This document shows positions 38,635-46,271 of a stretch of DNA of 64,000 bases, piece by piece (the stretch's first letter is position 1; every line of letters begins with the position of its first letter). The notes under the pieces were generated by a model. It was not told the DNA's origin and ran no database searches. It was given only the letters and a program-made list of their open reading frames with translations. This DNA is from a phage: sequence record PZ445432.1; one strand, written 5' to 3'. The translations under genes and the position numbers were made by a program.

Positions 38635-38823
38635 ATGGAATTATTCATAGTTTCTGTTAAATTTGCACAAGATAGAGAACGTTCGGATGAGTTTAAACAA
38701 GGGTACAGACTAGTAAAGGCTACATCTGAACTCCATGCTATGGACAAAGTAGTAGACTATATGTATAATGTAGAAGATGTTTACTACGTCAATGCTTTAG
38801 AAGCCTCAAAAGTAATTGACTAA
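38635..38823 (+). CDS. hypothetical protein
   Basis: 62-aa ORF with RBS AAGGA. Confidence 0.45.
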   Translation: MELFIVSVKFAQDRERSDEFKQGYRLVKATSELHAMDKVVDYMYNVEDVYYVNALEASKVID

Positions 38824-38832
38824 GGAGACTAT

Positions 38833-39018
38833 ATGTCTAAGTTTCAAGAACTCAAGCAAGAGCTAGAAGAATGTGCCTGCCCTGAGTGTAGAGGAATTGG
38901 TGAAAGTTCTGATGCAGAAGCAGTGGATACTTTTTGCAATATCTGGGTTTGCCCAAATTGCAAGGGTACAGGTATTAATCCTAACTGTGGTATTTCTCTA
39001 GATATTGAAAGAGGATAA
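38833..39018 (+). CDS. hypothetical zinc-ribbon protein
   Basis: CPECRG ... CPNCKG double CxxC; RBS AAGGAG. Confidence 0.45.
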   Translation: MSKFQELKQELEECACPECRGIGESSDAEAVDTFCNIWVCPNCKGTGINPNCGISLDIERG

Positions 39019-39120
39019 TACCTGTGAAACTAAAAGATTATTATATTGGTTGGTTTGTGGGACTAGTAGTAGGATTTTCACTAGGCTATAATATGTATCA
39101 ACTAATAAACTGATTACATG

Positions 39121-39193
39121 GGGGTGTAATCGAATTGGCATAGGTACTGTACTTAAAATTCAGGTTTTGTGGGTTCGAATCCCAGCGAGGCGT
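39121..39193 (+). tRNA. tRNA-like element (anticodon-like loop TAA; acceptor stem does not pair)
   Basis: Good T-arm (GTGGG-TTCGAAT-CCCAG) and anticodon-like hairpin CTGTA-CTTAAAA-TTCAG, but no 5'/3' acceptor pairing found; a -10 TATAAT lies upstream. Confidence 0.25.
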
Positions 39194-39241
39194 AACTGCC
39201 TGGTGTGATAGAGGCATCATTCCACTAATATTGGAAAACTA

Positions 39242-39472
39242 ATGAAACGAAAATTAAAAAAATCTTATATAATTAAGATAAATAAGCTAAGAAGTAGGGC
39301 AAAAGGATGGCCACTTCGGATATTAATTGCGGATAACCATATTAGATACCATGCGGAACAACGTCATTATAAACAGTGGGAGTCATACTGCCGCTCAAAA
39401 GCAGGTCGTTTAGATGGATCTTATGAGTTTCTATTTGGTAAGAAGCCTACTAGAGTAGCTTTAGGTAATTAA
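39242..39472 (+). CDS. hypothetical basic protein
   Basis: 76-aa ORF. Confidence 0.4.
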   Translation: MKRKLKKSYIIKINKLRSRAKGWPLRILIADNHIRYHAEQRHYKQWESYCRSKAGRLDGSYEFLFGKKPTRVALGN

Positions 39473-39477
39473 TACTT

Positions 39478-39568
39478 GGAAGAGCAAATCGAATTGGCGA
39501 CGAAAACCGCTTGGAAAGTGGCTGACCGGTAAAACGGCTTGAGAGTTCAAATCTCTCCTCTTCCGCCA
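39478..39568 (+). tRNA. tRNA-Ser (anticodon GGA), type II
   Basis: Acceptor GGAAGAG/CTCTTCC, anticodon loop TTGGAAA, long variable arm, T-arm GAGAG-TTCAAAT-CTCTC, encoded CCA. Confidence 0.6.
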
Positions 39569-39580
39569 AACAATTTATAT

Positions 39581-39675
39581 GGTAGGTCAATCCAACGGCT
39601 GGCGCTGGACTCCGACTTGAAATCGGTTGATCGTAGTGATACGGTGTAAGGGTTCGATCCCCTTACCTACCTCCA
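39581..39675 (+). tRNA. tRNA-Ser (anticodon TGA), type II
   Basis: Perfect acceptor GGTAGGT/ACCTACC, anticodon loop CTTGAAA, variable-arm hairpin CGTA-GTGA-TACG, T-arm AAGGG-TTCGATC-CCCTT, encoded CCA; D-loop unusually long. Confidence 0.5.
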
Positions 39676-39812
39676 AATCTTGAAGTATGCCGGAATCGGT
39701 AGACGGGGCTGCCTAAAAGGTTTATAGGGAACATCCACTCCCTGCAACATACCTCATAAAGCGGCTGAGATAAATGGTCTATCTCGTGAAGGTTCAAGTC
39801 CTTCTGCTTCTT
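39676..39812 (+). other. tRNA-like or structured RNA region, unresolved
   Basis: Contains a T-arm-like hairpin GAAGG-TTCAAGT-CCTTC and D-loop-like AATCGGTAGA, but no acceptor pairing could be found. Confidence 0.2.
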
Positions 39813-39927
39813 GATACATCTATGGCTCAAAGTGTAACGGTGCTATTTGATGCTCTTGGTAAGACTTCCCCGACATGCGTTCGGGAGTAAGCTGCTAAGA
39901 CTAGAGTAGAAGAGTTTCTGAGAGCCG

Positions 39928-40046
39928 CCACAATTGAAAATTCGTACTCGTCTTGAGCTGCGTGCAATAGGAGATAACTTGATTAGTATTCTAGAACATG
40001 CTAATTGAGGATGGTTTCGCTAACCCTGCGAGTTTTCAATTGTGGC
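39928..40046 (+). repeat. 13-bp perfect inverted repeat bracketing a 93-nt spacer
   Basis: CCACAATTGAAAA at 39928-39940 and TTTTCAATTGTGG at 40034-40046; the right arm overlaps the tRNA-His 5' end. Confidence 0.6.
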
Positions 40047-40117
40047 TATATCATAATTGGTTAATGATCCTGATTGTGAATCAGGCCTATGTGGATTCGA
40101 ATTCCACTAGCCACCCC
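40042..40117 (+). tRNA. tRNA-His (anticodon GTG)
   Basis: Acceptor GTGGCTA/TAGCCAC, D stem TCAT/ATGA, anticodon stem CCTGA/TCAGG with loop TTGTGAA, T-arm GTGGA-TTCGAAT-TCCAC, encoded CCA. Confidence 0.7.
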
Positions 40118-40143
40118 AAATTAACTTAAATAGGAAATAAAAT

Positions 40144-40341
40144 ATGGCTGATTTCTGCAAACAATGCTCCATTGATATGTGGGGCAGAGATACTGGTGAT
40201 CTTTCTGGTTTGATTACAGAAGCCGAAGTCAAAGAAGGTTATGGTGCAGTTGTGGTTTGCGAAGGATGCGGAGTTATTCGAGTAGATCATGAAGGCAAAC
40301 GTTTAGAAGAACCGGAAAATTTAGGAGAAACAAATGAGTAA
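40144..40341 (+). CDS. hypothetical zinc-ribbon protein
   Basis: CKQC ... CEGCG motif; RBS AGGAAA. Confidence 0.45.
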   Translation: MADFCKQCSIDMWGRDTGDLSGLITEAEVKEGYGAVVVCEGCGVIRVDHEGKRLEEPENLGETNE

Positions 40342-40570
40342 TGCTTTAATTAGTGAAATTATGTTAACACGTCTTGCAGAACTGCAAACTCTTCGAGATG
40401 AATCTCAGAATAACTTATCCTACCATAAACAGATGGTAGATACTCTTACTACTCGTATTGAAACTTACGAGCGTGATATTGCAGCATTACAAGCTCTTTT
40501 CTCCGTATCAGCACCAGATACGTTAGAACAGCCTGCTGTATCTCAGCCAGTAGAGACAGCATCTAGTTAA
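40334..40570 (+). CDS. hypothetical protein
   Basis: 78-aa ORF with RBS AGGAGA. Confidence 0.45.
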   Translation: MSNALISEIMLTRLAELQTLRDESQNNLSYHKQMVDTLTTRIETYERDIAALQALFSVSAPDTLEQPAVSQPVETASS

Positions 40571-40579
40571 TAGCATTTT

Positions 40580-40655
40580 TGGAGTGTAGATCAATTGGCA
40601 GATCGTCGGCCTCTGACTCCGAAGGTTCCTGGTTCGATCCCAGGCACTCCAGCCA
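40580..40655 (+). tRNA. tRNA-Gln (anticodon CTG)
   Basis: Acceptor TGGAGTG/CACTCCA, D stem GATC/GATC, anticodon loop CTCTGAC, T-arm CCTGG-TTCGATC-CCAGG, encoded CCA. Confidence 0.6.
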
Positions 40656-40661
40656 AATAAT

Positions 40662-40737
40662 TGGAGAGTAGTGTAACGGTTAGCACAACGGCCTTTGACT
40701 CCGTTAATGGTAGGTTCGATTCCTCCTTCTCCAGCCA
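40662..40737 (+). tRNA. tRNA-Gln (anticodon TTG)
   Basis: Acceptor TGGAGAG/TTCTCCA, anticodon loop CTTTGAC, T-arm GTAGG-TTCGATT-CCTCC, encoded CCA. Confidence 0.6.
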
Positions 40738-40744
40738 AAATAAT

Positions 40745-40819
40745 GCGTGATTAGTTCAGTGGCTAGAACAACTGGCTTCCAACCAGTAGACACGAGTTCG
40801 ACTCTCGTATCCCGCACCA
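40745..40819 (+). tRNA. tRNA-Gly (anticodon TCC)
   Basis: Acceptor GCGTGAT/ATCCCGC (one mismatch), D stem GTTC/GAAC, anticodon stem ACTGG/CCAGT with loop CTTCCAA, T-arm ACGAG-TTCGACT-CTCGT, encoded CCA. Confidence 0.65.
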
Positions 40820-40833
40820 AATAAGGAATCTCT

Positions 40834-41085
40834 ATGCACGTTTTTGAGTTTCGTAATAAAAGTACCAATAAACGAGTTATTGTTATTGGGGAAACATATC
40901 GAGCATATGAACAAACTGACGGCTCTGTTATCTTGAATGATGAGAAAGGGGGTTTTAGCTTTTATCCAGAAGAACCTTATGAAGAGTTTCGAAAACAATT
41001 TAACCTAGACTGGAGAAAGCATTTAAACACTGTTGCTTCATCTGTAGTACTGCCAACTACCAGTACTGTACTATCTAATGGCTGA
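40834..41085 (+). CDS. hypothetical protein
   Basis: 83-aa ORF with RBS AAGGAA. Confidence 0.45.
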   Translation: MHVFEFRNKSTNKRVIVIGETYRAYEQTDGSVILNDEKGGFSFYPEEPYEEFRKQFNLDWRKHLNTVASSVVLPTTSTVLSNG

Positions 41086-41242
41086 TAACCTAAAAGTCAA
41101 GATCGACAAACAAAAGAAACGTGTAGAAGTAGAGATTGGTGAAGAACGTGTAGCCTTCACCTTTGAATTTCTACAACAAATGGCAATGACAGTTATGACT
41201 GATAAGTCTCCTGTTATTGAAAAAGAAATCCCGTTGAAATAA
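41078..41242 (+). CDS. hypothetical small protein (54 aa)
   Basis: ATG overlapping the upstream stop; below the track's size cut-off. Confidence 0.3.
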   Translation: MADNLKVKIDKQKKRVEVEIGEERVAFTFEFLQQMAMTVMTDKSPVIEKEIPLK

Positions 41243-41250
41243 CGGGTTCT

Positions 41251-41337
41251 GCTGGGTTGGCAGAATGGTTGAATGCACCTGATTTGTAATCAGGAGGAGT
41301 AATCCCGTTGCAGGTTCGAATCCTGTGCCCAGCACCA
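41251..41337 (+). tRNA. type II (long variable arm) tRNA, anticodon reads TGT (Thr?)
   Basis: Acceptor GCTGGGT/GCCCAGC, 3-bp D stem, perfect anticodon stem CCTGA/TCAGG with loop TTTGTAA, variable-arm hairpin GGA-GTAA-TCC, TTCGAAT T-loop, encoded CCA. Confidence 0.5.
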
Positions 41338-41351
41338 ATTTAAGGACTATT

Positions 41352-41519
41352 ATGTTTAAACTGTTAGTAGTTATCTGGTATAGTCAATCAAATAGAGCGA
41401 ATACCTCCCACGTTATAGACTTTACTACTAAAAATGAAGCTGAAAAAGCATATGCTAATTTAATAGAACGCAATAAAGAATCTCGTAGTATAGTTTATGA
41501 AGTGACTAAACTTTATTAA
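41352..41519 (+). CDS. hypothetical protein
   Basis: ATG with RBS AAGGAC just after the tRNA; the track ORF begins earlier, inside the tRNA. Confidence 0.4.
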   Translation: MFKLLVVIWYSQSNRANTSHVIDFTTKNEAEKAYANLIERNKESRSIVYEVTKLY

Positions 41520-41527
41520 AAATTCAT

Positions 41528-41556
41528 TTGCTTTCCCTCTTATTTATTGTTATAAT
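41528..41556 (+). promoter_or_regulatory. sigma70-like promoter
   Basis: TTGCTT, 17 nt, TATAAT. Confidence 0.5.
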
Positions 41557-41586
41557 ATTTATATAAATTAATGAGAGGGAAACCAA

Positions 41587-41877
41587 ATGAAACGTTATCT
41601 TTCTGTTATGTTCCAAACCGGCGGCCAAAGATACACCTATGAATTTCCACCTTCCTGGAAAATCAGGGAAGGTGATCAAATAGTTGTGTTGACACCGCGT
41701 GAAGAATATAAAGTAGTGACGGTTAAACAAGTATTTCCAAAAGATCATGAACCAGCTATAGGCATCCGATATAAGATGATTCATGGCGTGGTTCGTCAAG
41801 TACCACGAACTGAGGTAGAAGTAGATAATACTGGAGAAACTAAATTCCATTATACTTCTTACTTAGACAGTGTGTGA
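41587..41877 (+). CDS. hypothetical protein
   Basis: 96-aa ORF directly after a promoter-leader cassette. Confidence 0.5.
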   Translation: MKRYLSVMFQTGGQRYTYEFPPSWKIREGDQIVVLTPREEYKVVTVKQVFPKDHEPAIGIRYKMIHGVVRQVPRTEVEVDNTGETKFHYTSYLDSV

Positions 41878-41892
41878 TGTAAATATTTTAAT

Positions 41893-41969
41893 GCTTCGGT
41901 AGCTTAGCGATCTAAAGCACTCGGCTGATAACCGAGAGATCAGGGGTTTAAATCCCTCCCGGAGTACCA
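41893..41969 (+). tRNA. tRNA-Ile (anticodon GAT)
   Basis: Acceptor GCTTCGG/CCGGAGT, D stem GCTT/AAGC, anticodon stem CTCGG/CCGAG with loop CTGATAA, T-loop TTTAAAT, encoded CCA. Confidence 0.65.
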
Positions 41970-42065
41970 AATCTAGGAATTAAGACTATGCGTCCAGGAA
42001 AGTTTAAAAAAGCTAGTTGGTCTAAAGAGTACAAAGAATACTTACTTAGCCTAGTAAAACGTAAT

Positions 42066-42141
42066 AGTTAGTTGGCAGAGTGGTTATGCGCCTCCTTCAT
42101 ACGGAGCGACTACAGTGGTTCAAATCCACTACTAACTACCA
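42066..42141 (+). tRNA. tRNA-Met/Ile2 (anticodon CAT)
   Basis: Acceptor AGTTAGT/ACTAACT, anticodon loop TTCATAC, T-arm AGTGG-TTCAAAT-CCACT, encoded CCA. Confidence 0.6.
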
Positions 42142-42154
42142 AACAGGAGATCTA

Positions 42155-42523
42155 ATGAAAGCGTATCAAAATCTTAAATCTGGCGTAATTAATATTGTTC
42201 ATAATAATCAGATTATTCAACTGTACTCTAAAGATGGTGAACTTAAACAAAAGGTTCTAGTTGAAGATCTAGATGGTATCACACCTCATTTTGACCCAGA
42301 ATCCTTTCGTGAAGTCAAAGTGGAAGTCGCCCCTCAAATTGAAGGTGGTCAACACCTAAATGTCAATGTGTTAAGTCGTGATCAGCTTTTGGATGCGCAG
42401 AAACATCCTGAAAAATACCCTCAATTAACTATCCGTGTTTCAGGGTACGCTGTGCGTTTTAACGCACTGACGCGTGAACAGCAGAACGACGTTATTAGTC
42501 GTACATTTACTCAGGCGATGTAA
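42155..42523 (+). CDS. grcA: autonomous glycyl-radical cofactor (GrcA/YfiD-like)
   Basis: C-terminus [12 protein letters not shown] ... [37 protein letters not shown] closely matches the GrcA/pyruvate formate-lyase glycyl-radical domain; RBS AGGAGA. Confidence 0.8.
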   Translation: MKAYQNLKSGVINIVHNNQIIQLYSKDGELKQKVLVEDLDGITPHFDPESFREVKVEVAPQIEGGQHLNVNVLSRDQLLDAQKHPEKYPQLTIRVSGYAVRFNALTREQQNDVISRTFTQAM

Positions 42524-42604
42524 TGGGGCTTGGATACGGTTTCTACGAACTACGTAAGGTAGTCGAGCAAACTCCATTTATCTCCCAAGTTTTAGGAGAA
42601 ATGT

Positions 42605-42919
42605 GTGGATCGAGCATTAAGACGTCATCACCGGCAACGTGTAAAGAACAACCGCAAGAAGTATTGGACAGTCTTCCCACATGAAGAAAGCCCTAAACGG
42701 TTAGGTATTATCACTACTACTCCTTGTATCTGTTCTTGTTGGATGTGCGGGAACCCTCGCAAACACTTTAAGAATAGTAAAGCAGGGATGAAAACCTCGG
42801 AGATTAGGAAAATGGAAGCAATGATTACGGATATTTCAAATGATGAATTTGATGGCTTCGTAGGATTCGGGGAAGATATTAGCTCGGACTGTTTCGAAGA
42901 TGAGCTCCCAGGTCTATGA
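42605..42919 (+). CDS. hypothetical protein
   Basis: GTG start 6 nt after AGGAG; basic N-terminus and a CxCxC segment. Confidence 0.4.
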   Translation: MDRALRRHHRQRVKNNRKKYWTVFPHEESPKRLGIITTTPCICSCWMCGNPRKHFKNSKAGMKTSEIRKMEAMITDISNDEFDGFVGFGEDISSDCFEDELPGL

Positions 42920-42928
42920 TTAATAACA

Positions 42929-42966
42929 AACCCCAGCTATTGAATAAGTAGTCTGGGGTTTTTCTG
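42929..42966 (+). terminator. rho-independent terminator
   Basis: ACCCCAG ... CTGGGGT hairpin followed by TTTTTCTG. Confidence 0.55.
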
Positions 42967-43040
42967 TATACAGGTAGATAATTTATGTATAATAAAATTC
43001 ATCCACATTAGGTTAATTCAAAAGACTTAATGGAGGTAAT

Positions 43041-43388
43041 ATGAGCCGTACTTATCGTAGACAAACTGGTGATCAGTGGTGGAAGTCTAAAGCTAATTAC
43101 ACCCAGGGATATACTTTCCTCAAAGCAAGTGACTACTACATTCGTGTTACTTATGCTAAATCCTGGGATGAGGTAGAACAGGAAATGGAAGAAGCAACCA
43201 TTCGTAATGAGAAAAAGGATGGTTATAGCTGGAATTCTGTTAGTAAGAATGTTAAGTGGCATTCTAATAAAATGGTTCGTCAAGGAAATCGTCAAGAACT
43301 CCACCGCGTGATGAAAGACCCAGAAAATTACGACTATAATCGCGATCATGACATGCGTAAGCGTGGGTTACGGTGGTGCTATGACTAA
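43041..43388 (+). CDS. hypothetical protein
   Basis: 115-aa ORF with RBS GGAGG. Confidence 0.45.
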   Translation: MSRTYRRQTGDQWWKSKANYTQGYTFLKASDYYIRVTYAKSWDEVEQEMEEATIRNEKKDGYSWNSVSKNVKWHSNKMVRQGNRQELHRVMKDPENYDYNRDHDMRKRGLRWCYD

Positions 43389-43405
43389 ATTCTGAAATAA
43401 TTCAT

Positions 43406-43434
43406 TTGCTAAACCTCTCTTTTCTTGCTATAAT
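43406..43434 (+). promoter_or_regulatory. sigma70-like promoter
   Basis: TTGCTA, 17 nt, TATAAT. Confidence 0.5.
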
Positions 43435-43464
43435 ATATTTATAAATTGATGAGAGAGGTTTGAA

Positions 43465-43746
43465 ATGAAAACTCGTCTAGACTGTGCTGTTCATGTTCTT
43501 GAACATGATGTTGTGGGAACCTGTATGTCTTATCACGAAGCAGGTCGTTTAATTAAAGAACGTGTGGCAGATGTATGTGGGTTGAAGATTACTGCTGAGG
43601 AAGCTGATGATCTTCTAGACCAGGCACTGGGGAAAACAGAAATATTCCTCTGCGATTCCTGCTCCTGGTGGTGTGAAGCTCACGAACATTCCTTCAACGA
43701 TTATGATGTATGCCGTGACTGTAATGAGGGGGACCATGATGAATAA
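43465..43746 (+). CDS. hypothetical Cys-rich protein
   Basis: 93-aa ORF with CDSCSWWCEAH and CRDCNEGDH segments. Confidence 0.45.
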   Translation: MKTRLDCAVHVLEHDVVGTCMSYHEAGRLIKERVADVCGLKITAEEADDLLDQALGKTEIFLCDSCSWWCEAHEHSFNDYDVCRDCNEGDHDE

Positions 43747-44038
43747 GTTTATTGTTGCACTGATGGTTTCAGCAGTTAGTTTCGGTTCTCTAGCATCTAC
43801 CAAAGTTTTTATGAAAAACGGTAATGTTAGGGTACAACAGAATGGTATTATTACCGAGTATGGTAAAGTGCGTGATATTAAAGAACGTAATGGCAAAGTA
43901 GAAATATATACTAATAAAAACTTCTCTACTCCAGCCGTTACTGTTAGCAAACGCGGTGAAATAACCACTCAACGTACTAATAGCTCTAGTTCTTTTACTT
44001 GTCGTTATGATTGCGACTTTGAAGGTGAAGATGAATAA
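43736..44038 (+). CDS. hypothetical secreted protein
   Basis: Internal ATG after GAGGGGGA followed by a signal peptide (MMNKFIVALMVSAVSFGSLAS); the track ORF starts earlier. Confidence 0.45.
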   Translation: MMNKFIVALMVSAVSFGSLASTKVFMKNGNVRVQQNGIITEYGKVRDIKERNGKVEIYTNKNFSTPAVTVSKRGEITTQRTNSSSSFTCRYDCDFEGEDE

Positions 44039-44381
44039 TTTAGATCCTAGAATTAAATTTGCAATTACAGAAATCCAAGATCAAATTGATGAAGACTTCA
44101 CTGTTTGGTCAAGGTCCGGTAACGGGGAATACTGCCAGCTTTATAGCATGAAAATGGGTATCTCAATTGAGCTTAATATCAACTCTGAAGGTAGAGTAGA
44201 AGCCCAACCCATGTTCAGTGTTCCAGGCTTCTCTGGATTTGTTGCAGGTATGAAATTGTGTCTACCAAATAACCATCTTCATCGAGTTATTTGTCAACTA
44301 GAGACTATTAAACACTTCTTGCCAGAAGGTAATATTAATGACTACTACCATGAAGTTGTAGCAGCTCATATGATGAAATAA
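44031..44381 (+). CDS. hypothetical protein
   Basis: ATG preceded by GAAGGTGAAG and overlapping the upstream stop. Confidence 0.4.
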   Translation: MNNLDPRIKFAITEIQDQIDEDFTVWSRSGNGEYCQLYSMKMGISIELNINSEGRVEAQPMFSVPGFSGFVAGMKLCLPNNHLHRVICQLETIKHFLPEGNINDYYHEVVAAHMMK

Positions 44382-44403
44382 TGCAAACGTCGGAGAGAAG
44401 AAC

Positions 44404-44700
44404 GTGAAAAGACTAAACATCAACAGCACAGTGCAGATTCCAGCAACTAAGGATATTTTAACCTTCCTACGGAGTGAAAACGCTCAGTTTTGGCATGATC
44501 ATGTTGTAAAGAACGGTAGTACTCCAGATGTAGTTGCCTTTGCTAAAAAACGTATCGAGGAGTACAAAGATCCAGAGATTAAAGATGGTATGATTACTAT
44601 GCAGTTGTGGGTAGCTATGCAAACCTTTGGCCCCACCATGTGTTTAGGAAATACTCCATTATTTACAAATATTTTAATTAATGAAAAGGATTTGAAATGA
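44404..44700 (+). CDS. hypothetical protein
   Basis: GTG start preceded by GGAGAGAAG. Confidence 0.4.
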   Translation: MKRLNINSTVQIPATKDILTFLRSENAQFWHDHVVKNGSTPDVVAFAKKRIEEYKDPEIKDGMITMQLWVAMQTFGPTMCLGNTPLFTNILINEKDLK

Positions 44701-44981
44701 TTGTTTCTCCATTTGCTCTTTGGTTCGTCATTGGGTCTATAGTTGCTATTTATAGTCTAATAGATGATTTATTCATCTCCAAGAATAAAGATGTGTTCTT
44801 ATATGTTGCACACAAAACACGCCCATCAGACCTAGCACCTCTTGATGATAAAACGCTACTAAGATGTGCTAGAGCTGCAATATTTATTATGGATATTCTG
44901 CTAGGACCAGCATCTGTATTTTTCTATTACCGAAAAACTCGTAATATGAAAAAATTTAAAGCAGAAATGCAGAATAACTAA
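44697..44981 (+). CDS. hypothetical membrane protein
   Basis: 94-aa ORF with two hydrophobic segments. Confidence 0.4.
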   Translation: MIVSPFALWFVIGSIVAIYSLIDDLFISKNKDVFLYVAHKTRPSDLAPLDDKTLLRCARAAIFIMDILLGPASVFFYYRKTRNMKKFKAEMQNN

Positions 44982-45091
44982 AGAACTCGCGTAGGACCGA
45001 GTTGCGTCACCTGCAACTGTTACGGATAAGGGAGTCGTGCCCCTTAGTGCGGTAAGTGGTGAGTTGGTCGCTGACCCTAACTGGAGATGAT

Positions 45092-45436
45092 ATGACTATA
45101 TTACTAATTCTTGTTACTACCTGGTTTTTAATCGGTGCTGGATATGCAATAGCTATTATTAGACATTTGGATGAACATTCTGCTGAATGGTTTGTTAAAT
45201 ATCTACGTATAGACAACAAGGATCACGAGTTTAAAGATGAAAAGCAGAAAAAAGCAGTTGAAGAAATGACAGGCGAAGAATGTTTATTCTATATGCGTGC
45301 AATAGGATTCTTAGGATTATTTAGTGCTGGCCCACTAGGTTTTACCATAGCTCCTTATAAAGAAACAGTAGACGATATTAAGTTATGGAGAAATGCAGGG
45401 GTACTACGCAAAGCTAGAGAAACTAATATTACATAA
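45092..45436 (+). CDS. hypothetical membrane protein
   Basis: ATG after GGAGATGA; N-terminal transmembrane helix (ILLILVTTWFLIGAGYAIAII). Confidence 0.4.
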   Translation: MTILLILVTTWFLIGAGYAIAIIRHLDEHSAEWFVKYLRIDNKDHEFKDEKQKKAVEEMTGEECLFYMRAIGFLGLFSAGPLGFTIAPYKETVDDIKLWRNAGVLRKARETNIT

Positions 45437-45480
45437 GATTGACACTAAGTCAGCTTACTAGCAAAAGCAAATAATGACAA

Positions 45481-45516
45481 AGCCCAGCCTGCACTTTTGC
45501 AACTGGGCTATTTTTA
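45481..45516 (+). terminator. rho-independent terminator
   Basis: AGCCCAG ... CTGGGCT hairpin followed by ATTTTT. Confidence 0.55.
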
Positions 45517-45590
45517 TAATAAAATTTTAGTTGCTTAGATGCCCAAACTTTTGTATAATATGTTTATAGATTGAGGCAAGAGGATTAAAT

Positions 45591-46271
45591 ATGAGGATTA
45601 TTTCTAAGTTCGCCGATGTGTATGATCTGCAGAACAGTTTGTTTGACCCAGATCGTGTGTGGGAACGTAAAACTGAAGAGCTAACAATAAAAGCCCCAGA
45701 TGATGACAACTATACGATCATGCAAGAACGTAGGATTGCTCGTATTGAGGGAAAGATTGGTTACTTTAAAATTTTGCCTTTCTTCCTAGCTGGGGAGATT
45801 TACTGGTTATACCACATTGATGTACTGGATACCCAAGTAAAAACCTTCAGTTTGGACGAGGCGTTAGAAATTTTGGAGGAGAAGGGATGGTCAACAGGGT
45901 TTTCTTTGCTAGACATAAATAGGGGGAAGCCAAAAGAGTCTATCTTAGCATGGCAAGAAGAAGTTACCCCCAAAGCTAAAGAAGCCTTAACTGAGTTAAG
46001 AGTACCCTTAGCAATTCTAGACTCAGTAGTTCCAAATGATAAAGATAACAATAAATACTTCAAGGTTATAACTAATCCACGCCTACACCTATCAGGAATA
46101 CCGTGGCAGAGTGTGGAACCTAACTTATATCGACTGCACCAAAGAATCGAGCAGTATATTTGGGGTGTACTAGGAACTGGTGAGCCTGATATGATTACTG
46201 TGTCAGATAAAGACCGCCTAGCAGCACATGGATTTGATACGGTTACGTCATTCAGGAATATGAAAAGATGA
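45591..46271 (+). CDS. hypothetical protein
   Basis: 226-aa ORF downstream of a promoter-leader cassette. Confidence 0.5.
   Translation: MRIISKFADVYDLQNSLFDPDRVWERKTEELTIKAPDDDNYTIMQERRIARIEGKIGYFKILPFFLAGEIYWLYHIDVLDTQVKTFSLDEALEILEEKGWSTGFSLLDINRGKPKESILAWQEEVTPKAKEALTELRVPLAILDSVVPNDKDNNKYFKVITNPRLHLSGIPWQSVEPNLYRLHQRIEQYIWGVLGTGEPDMITVSDKDRLAAHGFDTVTSFRNMKR

Noticed and set aside
41325-41351. 5' extension of the 41325-41519 ORF
   Set aside because: Would overlap the 3' end of the tRNA at 41251-41337; the internal ATG at 41352 with RBS is preferred.
42080-42154. 5' extension of the GrcA-like ORF starting at 42080
   Set aside because: Overlaps the tRNA at 42066-42141; the ATG at 42155 is preceded by AGGAGA and matches the homologous protein start.
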